Shown piece by piece: positions 49,988 through 62,051 of a DNA stretch of 64,000 bases. Made by a program: the position numbers and the translations under genes. Below the pieces are notes generated by a model that was not told the DNA's origin, made no database searches, and saw only the letters and a program-made list of their open reading frames with translations. Position 1 is the stretch's first letter. Every line of letters starts with the position of its first letter. The stretch comes from Octopus vulgaris (Eukaryota), in contig OX597823.1 of NCBI GenBank assembly GCA_951406725.2, positions 36,208,001 to 36,272,000 on the forward strand, given 5' to 3'.

Positions 49988-52900
49988 ATTGTTCAGCTAG
50001 AGGTGAATTTTTTATTAAGATAATTATTATCATACACGGAGGGGACAAAACAGGACAATACAAACAATTATTGTTATAATGAGTTTGTATGATACTTGAT
50101 TTAAAAAAAATTTAGTATGATATATAATTTGACTTTTTGGGGTAAAACTTAACGGGCTGAAGAGCCCAGCAACTACACCTTTTCCTTTTCCATGAAGATT
50201 AAGCAGGGTCACTTGCACCCACATTTCTTACCCCAGCTGTCCATATTTTGTCAAACACACCTCATAACAGTTGTCTCCTCTCCAGCCCTATCTTGCTCTT
50301 CAGTTGATATCTGAAAAAAGTGAGCAATCCAGGGCCAGAGATGAAGGTTCACGTGTCCTTGCAGTCTAGTCTTCCAAACACACTCTGTCAAAACTGCCAG
50401 TGTAAGGAGAAAACATGCCTCATCTTCCTTCAAGAGCCTGGTGGGCGGCATAATCTGATAGCTGTACTCTGCCTAGGTGTGACAATACACGTTCAACGTA
50501 AACTATCAAGCCTGAAAGCTTCTGACAGTGTACAAAAGCATGCAGGACAGTTTCATCGTCCAGCCCACATCTTGGACATGTCAGTGGCACTGACATTCTG
50601 TTCCTGGATAACTTACTGTGAACAAGTATAGCGTTCCTGTAGCACTGTCAGGTTAGGGATATTTGGTAATTATCCAAATACCCTGGCCCAAAAGTCTTTT
50701 GGAATAGGTTGGTAAGTTGGTTCTCATTGAACCCCAGAGCCACTCCTAGGACGTCATTGTTTTTAAACTCTACTAGCTCTCTATACAAAACCGAGGTGGT
50801 ATTCCCATTGCCAGTCTTACCCGTCTTGTGGATCAGCATGAGTGCCTGTCAACACTCCTTTTGCCATTCTGTCAGATTGTGTCTTTTAATAAAACTGGGT
50901 TTGAATCTCTCCAAAGAGGCTGGTTGCAGGAAGAATTCCTCTGCCAGCAGATTCCACACCTTGTCCCCCTAAAGATAGCGTCAGAGATGTCTCAGCCTCA
51001 ATGCATGTTTGTGCATTGTAAGCCAGGGCATCCCTAACCCACCCCTTAGCAGATGGAATGCCTTACAAGTAGCTTTCCTCCCTTCCACAAAAAGTGGAAA
51101 AGGAAGCGCTCCAACTCGTTTGGCCACGAGTGGGGGCAAGGGACAACGGTTAGGCAGTAGGTAATTACAGATGCAATAAACACCTGTACCACCTCCACCC
51201 TTCCTTCAGGGATAGAACCCGTCCAGACCAAGTCCGAACCAGAGCTTCTACTCTGTCTGCCACCTCACTCCAATTCTTCTCCGTTTGGGAGTCCAGTCCA
51301 AACCAAACTCCAAGCCACTTAACAGGACCATCTATCTAATGACCCATAACACTGGATGATACCGGCTTGCTCCTCCAGGTGCCGAGGCGCAAGCCGATGG
51401 ACTTGTCCTTGTTAACTTCTGCTTCCCCACCACTACGTATCCTTTGATGATGTCCTCTACACTAGGTAGCTGAGCCTCATTGGACATGATAAAGGTGACG
51501 TCATCCGCATAAGCAGAGACCGACTTACCGCATCCGATTTCCTTGGGAGTACATCCCAAATTCTCCAACTTCCTCAGAAAAGGCTCAAGAGCCAAAACAT
51601 ACAGAAGCAGGGACAGGGGACACCCTTGACAAACTGAGCACTTGATCGAAAACAGCTCCGACAAGTAGCCGTTTATCTGAATGGTGGAATGGATGTTGCT
51701 ATACATTGCAGAGATCCACCTACAGAAGTCCAGGCCCAGCCCAGCCGCTTTGAGAATCCCTGCCAGGTACTGATGGTCTACCCTATCAAATGCTTTACTT
51801 TGGTCTAAATGAACCAGTGCCCCACTTTTGCTGGTAAATTTACCCCCACTGTCTAAGGTGTAGCGTATAAGGTGAAGATTGTCCTGGATCAACCTGCCTG
51901 GAATGGTGCATGTCTGCGCCTTCTCTGCAAGCTTATCCATGATATGCATCAACCTTTTTGCTAACACCTTGGCCAAAATCTTTAACTCTACATTGAGTAG
52001 AGTTATGGGCCTGTAATTACTTATACTGTCCCCCTTGCTTGGATCCTTCTGGATCAGCGTCACCGCTCCCCGACTCACAGAGCTGGGAATTCTCCCATTC
52101 TGTTGCCAGTTTGTGTAGACACCTGCCAGCAGGTCCCTGAACAAGTCCAGCATACTACGATAAGACTCATAGGGTAGACCATCCAGTCCTGGCAACTTGT
52201 CCCCAGCACACTCTGCAATACCTCTTTTACATCCGCAGGTGTAATTGGTCCTTCACAGCATTCTGCCTCATGTGCCGAGAGTTGTGGCCCACCGGCAAGG
52301 AAGCCCTTTAGGGACTCCCCACACTCGAGCTCATCACTCTGCCCAAACAACTGGGTGAAATGCTAGTGAAAGGCCTTCTGCATCTTTTCCTGTCCATCGA
52401 TCTTGTGCCCCTGTTCATCAGTTAAAGACTTTATAGAGGGTTTTTTGCCCCTCTGACACTCTATACAACGGGCCCATCCGGTAATGTTAATACCTTCTCG
52501 ACCCACTGCACATAGCTTAGCTCTAACTCTACAGCCTTCGTGTTTGGCTTTGAGGTGAAGGTACAAGATTGTTCTCACTGCCAGCACTCTGTCTGCAGAG
52601 CCAGATTCCAAAGCCTCGTCTAAATTCTTAACTAGTTCCCTTTCTATTCTAGATCTATCTAAACTTAGCTGGTTGCTAAATCTAATGGACTCTAAATGGA
52701 TGGCTCTCTTGAGGACATGCCACCATCTATTATTAATGATCGCGCCACATAATGCCCTCTGTACCAATTCCTTAATCCGGGTACGGAAGGCTCGACAAGT
52801 CAAAATAGACTTGTTCATCTTCCAGTACCCAGGTCCCTGTCTATGACATTTATCTATATGTACCTCACACATCTCAAATTTGTGATCTGTGTAAAGCACA

Positions 52901-55212
52901 ATACAAAATTGAGGACAGTTAAAGGTATCCCTATCTCTTTCTCTAACAAATACCCTATCTATATAACATCTGCATGAGCTATTGTTATTACTCCATGTCC
53001 ACTGTGGAACGCTCTGCTCATCCAGTCTGTAATGATCTACTACATTATAGCTCTCTAGTAGGCCCTTGAGGCCAGGATTTCCCCTCCTATCAGTCGAGCC
53101 AACACTATCCACCCATACATCGAGTATAGTGTTAAACTCTCCTAACAGAACTATCATTTTTGATGTCACTAGAAAGTGCTCTAGTTCTCGATAAAAACCA
53201 GACTGCCTACACTCCTCTGGAGCATAGACAGCTACCAACCTGAAGGACCGTTTACACTCGTGGGTCACATCTAGGACAACCAGCCTATCTTCTGGGTCCA
53301 GAAAGACTGTACTTATCTGTAAGTCCAAGGTCTTTCTGAGTAGAACCACCATGCCCCCCCTCCCCTCCTCCTCGTCGGCTAGGAGAAACAAATTTCTCAT
53401 AGCCATTTAGAATAGGCGAGAATGCTTGTGGTTCACTCATCTTGGACTCAATTACAATGCATACATCTATATCTCGTGACCTGAGATCTTTCAGGAGACA
53501 AGCTTGCTTCCAATTCGACCCCAACCCACGCACATTTTGCACCCTAGTTTAACCGACATAATGAAATTTTATCAAAAGGAATTACCTACAATTTAAGTTG
53601 GTGGAGTAGGGGCTGCACAAATCTGCCTGCCTCCCCATCCTTTTCTTTTGCTGGTATAGCCGCTGGGCTTTTTATTGGTGTAGTCACTGGGCTATTTGTT
53701 GGTGTGGCTGCTGGGCTTATGCCACTTCTGTGCTGACATCTTGCACATCTTCCGGGTAATGTGCTATCAATTCTTTCCACAGGCCTTTGTCCATTAATGC
53801 AAAACTAATGCCTGCTGGTGTGTCTTTTGTTCTTTTATATACATGTGCCTTGTAGTGTGATCTAATGTATTTAGACATCGGTTCATTTCTCTCTCTAGAG
53901 GCCATTGTTTTTCACAGGTTTTTTTTTTGGGGGGGATAAATGACTTTACCATGGGGTTGGGTTGGGGAGTTTGGTTGTGAGTGTCTGTGGCATGCTTTGC
54001 TGATTTTTTTGATTGGGGAGGGGAGTCAGGGACATGTGTCTTTTTTCGTTTATGCGTGACTGTGGTAAACTCCATTTCTTTGGTTGTTTCTTTCTTTTTC
54101 TCTGCTACTTTTTTTTCCTTCTTCTCTGACGCATTCTCCAGCTTGTCCGTCTTTTCCTTCACTTCCCTTGCAGCTTTTTGGGGAGGAGCCTCATTCTCTT
54201 TTTTCTTTTTCATGCACTTGTAGTGAACGTGGCCCTTTTCTCCACACTTGAAGCATCTGGGCCTACGTTCCTCCCCGACCACTCGCAATGATAGCCTCTC
54301 CCCTACAAATACCCTATTGGGCAAATTTTCCAGGGTCTCATTCACTGCTTGGACTACCATTTCTAATGTCTGGCCTTTCCAGTTTATGGCGGCCTTCTTT
54401 TCCATCTGCAAGATGGACACCTCTTCTACATCATAAATCACTGCTGGAATTTCCTCCACTGTAATTTTTGTAGTTCTGTGTCTCAAGTATGTGGGTAGCA
54501 ACATTATCTCCTCATTCTTTAGTGTCTTTGTTGACACTTTGGCTACATCAGCCATTTGGAACTCTGCTTCGACAGTAGCGCTTCACGTTCCATGGCCAAC
54601 GTAGCATACCTGATTCCATATTGGTGCCATGCACCTCTCCACCACTTCATTCTTGGCATCCATAATCCTCTTTTTTCCTTCAGGTTGTAGATTTTGTATA
54701 CTACTGTTCTAGCATTGATTGCTTGTACCATTTCAGGAGGCGGCAACAGTTTAGTGTTGCTGCCACTTTTTTTAATTAAATTCTGGAACTGGAATAGTTG
54801 TTCCATTTTTACCTCCAAATCGGTCACGTTACCTCTCACTGCGGCCGAAAAACTTGGCTTTTCCTGTGTCTTCTCGTTATTACTTTTTGAACCTTTTCCC
54901 ATCTCAGGAAAATCTTTTTGGGATTCAGTGTTTAATTCCATCACAAAAACTTTTTAAAATCTTTGTTACAAATGACAAATTCACAAAAAATAAACCCAGT
55001 ATTGGGTAAAACAAACAGTCCAATAATAAGTTTTTTCAAAATAATAATCCAACAGAATTTTCTGCCCCGCAGGGCGAAAATTACTGTTTCTTGAAGTACA
55101 ACAGTTCAAGTAAAAGGATTTCAAAGTATAACACAGAAAAATGATGTAGAAAAACACACAGGAATGAACTTACATAACACTTGGTGACAAAATGTAACTC
55201 ATGATGCAAAAG
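49988..55212 (-). mobile_element. Tx1/L1-clade LINE, near full length (ORF1 ~54944-53590; ORF2 ~53559-50150), frameshifted
   Basis: ORF1 zinc knuckle CFKCGEKGHVHYKC. ORF2 EN QNVRGL, VYAP, GEFN, YIDRV, TDH and GPGYWKMN. RT PGLDGLPYE, NYRPITLLN, DQSKAFDRVDH, QGCPLS and AYADD. C-terminal CPRC...ET..HAF. AATAAA near the 3' end. Confidence 0.93.
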
Positions 55213-56130
55213 ATTGTTCGGCTAGAAGTAAATTCTTTATTACGATTATAAAAATCAATATATAGATAGGACTCTACAGGACAAAAACAATTACAAAAAC
55301 GTTATGCAGTTCGAATGAGAATTAAAAATTTTGAATGTATATATAAAACTAGACTTTTAATGTATCCTTTTTTTTTTAACATTTAAAAAAAAATAAATTA
55401 AATCAACAAGTAAAAACACCTATCTGGCAGCCTGAAAGACCCAGCAACCATTTTTTCCTTTTCATCGATGATCAAGCTGGGTTACTAATACCCACCTTTC
55501 TCATCACATCCTTCCAATGTTTCTCATACTTTCTCTGTGGCAGAGTCTTCCTCTCCAACGCCATCTTGCACTTCAGATGGTATCTGAAGTAAGTTAACAA
55601 ACTGGGGGCAGAGACGAAGGACCTTGTCACGAAACCTTCCATTCTGGTTCTCTACACAGACTCTTTCAATACTGCCACCGTACAGTAAAAAAAAGCCTCA
55701 CCTTCCTTTGAGAGTCCAGTTGGCGGTATCATCTTTATTATAGATCCAGCCGACAGCTGTGACAACACGTGTTCTATGTAACTTATCAAGCTTGACAGCT
55801 CCCGACAATGTACAAAAGCATGCTGGATGGTTTCATCATCCAGCCCACATCTTGGACACGTCGGTAGCACTGACATTCCGTGCCTAGATAACTTATTGTG
55901 AACAGGTAAAGTATTCCTATAGCACTGTCAGGTAAAGGATCTTTGGTAGTTGTACCCTGGCCTGAAAGTCTTCTTAAACAGGTTGGTGAGTTGGTTCTCA
56001 TTGAGCACCAGAGCCCCTCCTAGGACGTCATCATGTTTTGCCTCTACCAGCCCTCTATAGAACACCGATGTGGTATTCTCGCTGCCCGTCTTGTGGACCA
56101 GAATTGCCGGGTCTACTGCTAGTGCTTGCT
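55213..56130 (-). mobile_element. 3' fragment of a second, diverged Tx1-like LINE, head-to-tail with the first
   Basis: Aligns to 49988-50850 (CPRCGLDDETIQHAFVHC, same 3' terminus). Confidence 0.88.
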
Positions 56131-56602
56131 GTTCGTTGCCGGGTCACAGTAAAAATTTCTCACTAAATCAAGAGCTAAGTTTCTTATCACATTTCAGCCT
56201 GGGCCAGTTTTGTTGTTTATGAGCTAGTTGGAGCTTTTTATGAGAGTAATTAATATTCATTGGACTTTGGTTTTCACACCTGGAATGGCATAATCATGGA
56301 AAATTAGCGGGACTGTGCACATGCCATTAGTTGGAAAAAAAGGAGGCAGAAGAATGCGAAAAACTCGAATTTGGCTGCAAAATAGCATTATTTTGAAAAT
56401 ACACATAAATCTCATTTGTTGAGTTTTGGTTTCACACCCAACCCAGTTCTGCACAATCAGTGTCACGACGGGAACAAATGGGTTGGGAGTTTGACTGGCA
56501 GAGGTGATCAAGTTGCACATGCCAGCCCTTTTGACACCAACCCGCCTTACCTAACCCCCTCGTCCTATGAGTGAATAACAATAGTGGGAAGAAAATTGCT
56601 GA

Positions 56603-56784
56603 TTCCGGCAAAAAGGCAGAGCAATTAGAGCACAAAAAACAGCATTCAAAGTGATTTTATTAGTATGATGCATTGAAGCAAGTAACGCAGTAAGGTCAAT
56701 AGTTATAAGTTCATGATGCATAGAAGCACGTAAGACATCAAGGTTAAGTAAGGTATAAATAATAGGTATGCCTTTTTGCCGGAA
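56603..56784. mobile_element. Putative MITE with perfect 16-bp TIRs
   Basis: TTCCGGCAAAAAGGCA (56603-56618) and TGCCTTTTTGCCGGAA (56769-56784). Confidence 0.55.
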
Positions 56785-57234
56785 GGCTAATTGGGCTTCT
56801 GATCCACTGAAATAGAGGAGGTTAGGTTTGGAACATTAAGCCTTCAACTAAAACCTAGACTAACCTTATGGAAGGGGGCTCGGGAGCCTCTAAGAGCTTC
56901 TAATCTTGATCTATCACTAGCCATCCTAGGGGTTCTAAATGACATGGCTGTAGAGGAAATTGGCTGTGGAGATGTGCATGGCAGTTTTGTTTCAGAGGAG
57001 GACGACTGCATTGGATTAAGGACCATTGAAAAATGTAGCTTTGCAGGACCTCGTTTGGCTCTGCCTGGATTTGAAACCAAACTGACCCATTTGTTGCTTG
57101 CAAAGACAGTGGGAAATTTCTTTACCATGTCAAGAGGGAATAGTGATTGATGTCTTTCTACTTGATACGTGACGTTGCTGAGGTGGATGTCAACACAGAA
57201 AATATTGACTTTCATAAAGTGGAAAAAATAAATG

Positions 57235-57618
57235 GAAGGAAAACAGCAAAATGTGGAACCTGAAGACTAAAACAATACCTGTTGTCATAGGTGCCCTGGG
57301 AATGATAGCAAAAGGGGCTGATTGCTACCTAGCTCAGATACCAAGAAACCTCAAAATGCAGAAATTCAAAAGATAGTGCTCATGGAAACTGCCCATATCA
57401 TACGCAAAATGCTTTCTATGTAATCTCAAGTTTTAAAACAAACACATAATTTTCTTATGGTTTCTTAAACATTCTCTAGAACAACACTATGTACAAAACC
57501 AAATATATGGCACCCTAGGCATAACACCAACATGAACTTCCAACTTGTTGTCTCTTGAGGTCTCTGGGTGAGACTTGGAGCAAACTTGTACAAATGTAAA
57601 GCAAAAGTCAAACATAAC

Positions 57619-57657
<39 letters not shown>
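57235..57657 (+). mobile_element. R4/Dong-clade LINE 3' end (third family) with (TAA)n tail
   Basis: KMWNLKTKTIPVVIGALGMI...EIQKIVLMETAHIIRKMLSM*, a ~190-nt 3' UTR, then ~13 TAA units. Confidence 0.85.
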
Positions 57658-57660
<3 letters not shown>

Positions 57661-58216
57661 TGCCCTGATGCAGTACCAGACAGTGGCTCTCATGGCTTCT
57701 GATCTGAACTGATTGAAAGTGTTATCATGTACATTGTTTTGTTTTTGGTATAAAAGATGGACTACTGCAAATATTCTGCTCAATACCACAGATTTGCTTG
57801 TCAGTTGTTTGACCTTAACCAGTTGACTATGTCCCTTAGTGCTGACGATATGTGCATCTCTGATCATGAGCAGAAGTAGTGGGGGAGCATCATAGCCATG
57901 TGTTGAAAGGAATTCTTAGAGGTTCAGATAATTCACCTTTGGAATCATGGGTGGTTCATTCAACATCCTTAAACAATCCTTATTCAGGGACCTTTTGAGT
58001 AGGATGGGCTACTCAACCAGAAGAAAATTCTAACTGGGCCCCACCTGCAAGGTCATGCGCTGTTTATCTTGATATGAGATCACCATGTCGCGCACATATT
58101 GTTGTGATGCATGTGCCTGGTGTACCCTTATCAGACAGGTAGTTATGATGGGTATACCGGGCTTAATATATTTTACCCCAGTGTCACTTTGATGGCATGC
58201 AATGCTCTCTTACTCA
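57661..58216 (+). mobile_element. Most complete copy of the ~0.55 kb TAA-associated non-coding element (copy 3)
   Basis: (TAA)n on both sides. Matches 207-700 and 23718-24020. Confidence 0.8.
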
Positions 58217-59254
58217 ATAATAATAATAATCTTAAAGCTTGAACATACAAAAGTTATAAGGTGAAATAGATAGCAGTGGTTCTGGAAGGAGAATAGATCA
58301 TAAAGTAAGGGAAAGATGTGTCAGATGTAACAGTAACAGAGGGAGATGTGTGAGTAGATAAGGATGTGTATAGTGAGAATGTATGATTGTGGATATGAGA
58401 GAGTGTTGAGAATGATAGCAAGTATGTGAAGGGATAAGATGGAGTATAGAAGAGGGGAGAGCTATCTGGAGGCACAGAAAGGAGGTGCTTGGTCAGAATA
58501 CTGTTGAAAAAAAATGTGAAGATAATAAGGAATGGGAGGAGGAATACTCTAATATTTGATATTCTTACATTCTATTTAACTCTGTTTTACTTTTATTAAT
58601 CTATATAATCACCAAACTTATATACCTAATTGATTCTTCAATATTATTTCTTCTGTTAATAATTAATATATGACTTAGAATGTCATTGACATCCCTTCAA
58701 ACACTCCATGAAGTAATAACAAGAAATTCTGTAAAATCCACATTTCTTGTTTTATTGTTTCTTTCTCTTTTCGACTTGTCAGTGCTTTCCCACTTCAAGT
58801 ATTGACTTAACACTAATGAATCTTTTCTTTTATCTTGACTCTTATACATATTTTAAACACTAACTTGTTTCTTTCCACTCATGGTTTGTCATCAACAATT
58901 ACTTCTTTATTTATTTTCTTCACCTACTTAACAAGAATTTATAACTAAAATCTTTATCCATTTTAGTCATTCAGCGTAACAGTTTCAGAAAAAGCAGGTG
59001 AACCAATTTAATATTGCTACCTGTTTTACTAAAACCTCTTCCGTGTCTACAGATACCAAGGGAGATAAATCTGTTGAGTTCCCTTGAACTATAGCGCTGA
59101 ATGGAGGCTCAATGATTTCCGCTATGAAAGAAAATGGAAAAAAATTTAATCATGTTAATAGTATTTATCAAAAAAACATAGTTAATGAAAATAAAATAAA
59201 ACTAAAAATGAAAAATCTCTTTAAAATATAATGTTTTATATTATGTAATATTTT

Positions 59255-59311
59255 GAGTCATTGACTCCGTAATAACTTCCGTCTGTGAGTTGTTCAGACC
59301 GCCTGGGAAAG
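59255..59311 (+). promoter_or_regulatory. Probable proximal promoter / 5' UTR of ATP5PD
   Basis: Abrupt change from AT-rich to CpG-retaining sequence. ETS-like ACTTCCG at 59275-59281. The AG at 59296-59297 could alternatively be an acceptor for a non-coding first exon. Confidence 0.4.
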
Positions 59312-59433
59312 ATGGCTTCTCGTCGTGTTGCTAAGACTATAGTGGATTGGGCAGCTTTTGCTGAGAGGGTGCCACCGGCCGAGAGAGATATATTCAGGGC
59401 ATTTAAAGCAAAATCTACTAATTTTCTTACCAA
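59312..59433 (+). CDS. ATP5PD: Mitochondrial ATP synthase peripheral stalk subunit d, first coding exon
   Basis: aaagATGG start. Translates as MASRRVAKTIVDWAAFAERVPPAERDIFRAFKAKSTNFLT-(AA)|GTAAGT (122 nt, phase 2). It matches the subunit d N-terminus pattern MAxRR.A...IDW.AFAERVP..Q...F.AFK.KS. Too short for the ORF track. Confidence 0.92.
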
Positions 59434-60538
59434 GTAAGTATTATTAGCTACAAGTTAACTTCTCCTTTAATAATTGGTTTTTATGTCCTGATATAACCGT
59501 CACCTTCACTGTTACTTTTCAATATATTTTATATTAACAATCTTTGTTCATTTTATTCACCCTATCGCTATACTATTATTATTATTATGTATTTTTTATA
59601 TATCCACTGACGTATACTGGTGATAGGCATGCCCTACGCTAAGGTGACCTCTTCGTTTACTTAAACACCGTGACCTCGATACTTTCCAGCCAAGGGCACT
59701 ACACCTTATCAGGAAAACGACAGCTGAGTTTCGATGTACAGAAGTCAGGGTTTATGGGCTCATCTCGCTTCTACTGTACCCGCATCTCACATATTTCATT
59801 GTCTTCTGTGACCTTTAAATCAGCTCTTACATTGTAAAAGTGCACATACTACAGAAATAGCTGTAACCTCGCGCTGTCAATATCTAAGAGAGATGGGTCG
59901 AATTGTTTAACTGTTCAATATAAAATTACGATCATTATTTTCGTACTGCGTAGCCTGGACCCTTAATGAAAATGACATTGAAGAAAAAAGTGTCCAAAAT
60001 TGTTTTAAATGTTGTTTTTATTGAACCAAATACTCATAATTTTCCTAAGTCATTGTGATGTTTCTGTGGTTAGTCCCAGATCAACACTGATCGAGCAGAC
60101 GAGATCAGTCAAAACATTCCAGCTGTAACCATTTCTTAGACACTGTACTTCACTTCTCAATGTGCCCTTGATTCTTTTCCTCCCTCCCGCCGACGTTGGA
60201 TGATCATAACTTTCAGAAAAATGGATATTTTTTAATGAAGTTTTTTTACGAATATATGTTATATCATGTCCATTCTGAATATACAAAAGTTTTTGGGGAA
60301 AGTGTTTTAGGTGGGGAATTTCGGATAATTCACCGGCGTCTACTTCAATTCGTCTTAACTTTCAAGAAAATAGATATTTGTGAATACCTCGGACTATGTA
60401 GATTCCGAGAACATAGGAATTTTTTTTGGGAAACAATTGGTTAATATAAAGATTCGCACCCGGGAACAAAAGCAAAAATAAACCAGCCTGGAGAGTGTTA
60501 ACAAGTGTGTGGAAAACGAATATGAATATATATATACC

Positions 60539-61345
60539 GGTACTATTTAAGAGTGGTTCCGGTGCGCGCACTCGTGCATCCGCGCTAGCTAGTCGTGACT
60601 AGTCGATCCTTACTTCGTGGAAAAAAATTATTTATTTTGTATTTTATTTACTTTGCTAGGTAGTCATTTAGGATCGACTAGTCACGACTAGCTAGCGCGA
60701 GTGCGCGCACCGGGACCACTCTTCTTAAATAGTACCCATTACAAGCAATTATCTTGTACACAACCCATACCAAATTGGTGGACTTGGGCACATCGTAGAA
60801 ATAGATGAATCTATGATGTGCAAACGAAAATACAACAGGTAGAATGCCACAGGAGAGGTGGGTTTTTGGAGGATGGGATAGAGAAAACAAGAAAGGGTTT
60901 CTAGTCTTCGTACCTGACCGTTCCTCTGAAACTCTTTTACCCCTTATCAAAAAATTCATAAAACCAGGTACCACTATATATTCCGATTGTTGGGGTGCGT
61001 ATAATGGAATTAATGAAATGGATGTGACACCAAAATACACCCATTTCAAGGTGAACCATTCGGAAAATTTCGTTGATCCCAAAACAAATGCACACACAAA
61101 TTCTGTGGAATGTTATTGGAAGAATGCAAAAAGTTGTTTCAAGACTATGATGCCGGTACACACGAATATGGTGGAATCGTACCTGGATGAATTTCTTTAG
61201 AGAGAAGAGTACGGAAAAAGTGGGAAGGAATGTTTTGAAAACATTCTGAAGCACCTTTCAGAATGGTTCACATTACGACTACTTACGACTACTTACGACT
61301 AGCTAGTGCGGATGTGCACCGGGATCACTGTTCGCTAGTAGTACC
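60539..61345 (+). mobile_element. Merlin-superfamily (IS1016/ISXO2-like DDE) transposon derivative
   Basis: IGGLGHIVEIDES..KRKYNR, WVFGG, VPDRS.ETL, GTTIYSDCWGAY and VNHSENFVDP...HTNSVE. Termini GGTAC...GTACC fit the Merlin GGNRM TIR start. There are stop codons and the transposase N-terminus is missing. Confidence 0.9.
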
Positions 61346-62051
61346 CGAATATAAAAACTAAAAGGGCCATATTTCGGATTGAGAATATGAATAAAAAAAT
61401 ATTCGTTAGTTTCTGTGAGCACTGCGTAAATTTCCAAGAAAAAAATCGAGATCAATGTCGAAAAAGCCGTTTCAGTTATAGTACACGCACAAGAAAAAGC
61501 ACGCAGTTGACAAAATAACAAGTAGTCACGGAAACTAACGAATTGAACAGGCGAATGGAAACAAAATATTTTTTCATTTGTCTGCTCAATTGGAAAGATG
61601 TCCAACAAAAATTTGCGCAAACATACATACATGTATGTCTTGATTGATAATTATTTCTTTCTTCATGTCGAGAAGTTATAAATAGATATATTGCAAGTTA
61701 TTATTGCAGATCTGTGTTTCTCCAAAGTCTTTCGATGTTTTGTGTATGTATTTCCTCTGGGTGCTATCTTCAAAATTGTTGCAGTGAGGCTTTTTTACAT
61801 CGTTGGGTAAATAAATGAATAGTGCTGGTGTGGTGCTTTTATAGTAAACAAAATTACAATTTTCACAAATATTGAAATTATCCATTCTCGAGTGTTTTCA
61901 GATGTAAATAAATGGTCAGTATAAAGATCCTCACCTGGGGTGGAGGATTAAACAGCCTGGGGAGGGGTGTTAACAAGTGTGTGGTAAACGAATATGAAAA
62001 AAAATGCGTGCTGATGACCCATGGCGTGGGGAGGGGACTTCCAGAAAATGA

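Noticed and set aside
59236-59433. 65-aa minus-strand ORF
   Set aside because: It is the antisense shadow of the ATP5PD exon.
60740-61260. Bacterial IS1595/ISXO2 insertion or contamination
   Set aside because: Eukaryotic Merlin transposases share this domain, the GGTAC termini fit Merlin, and the flanks are host intron and repeats.
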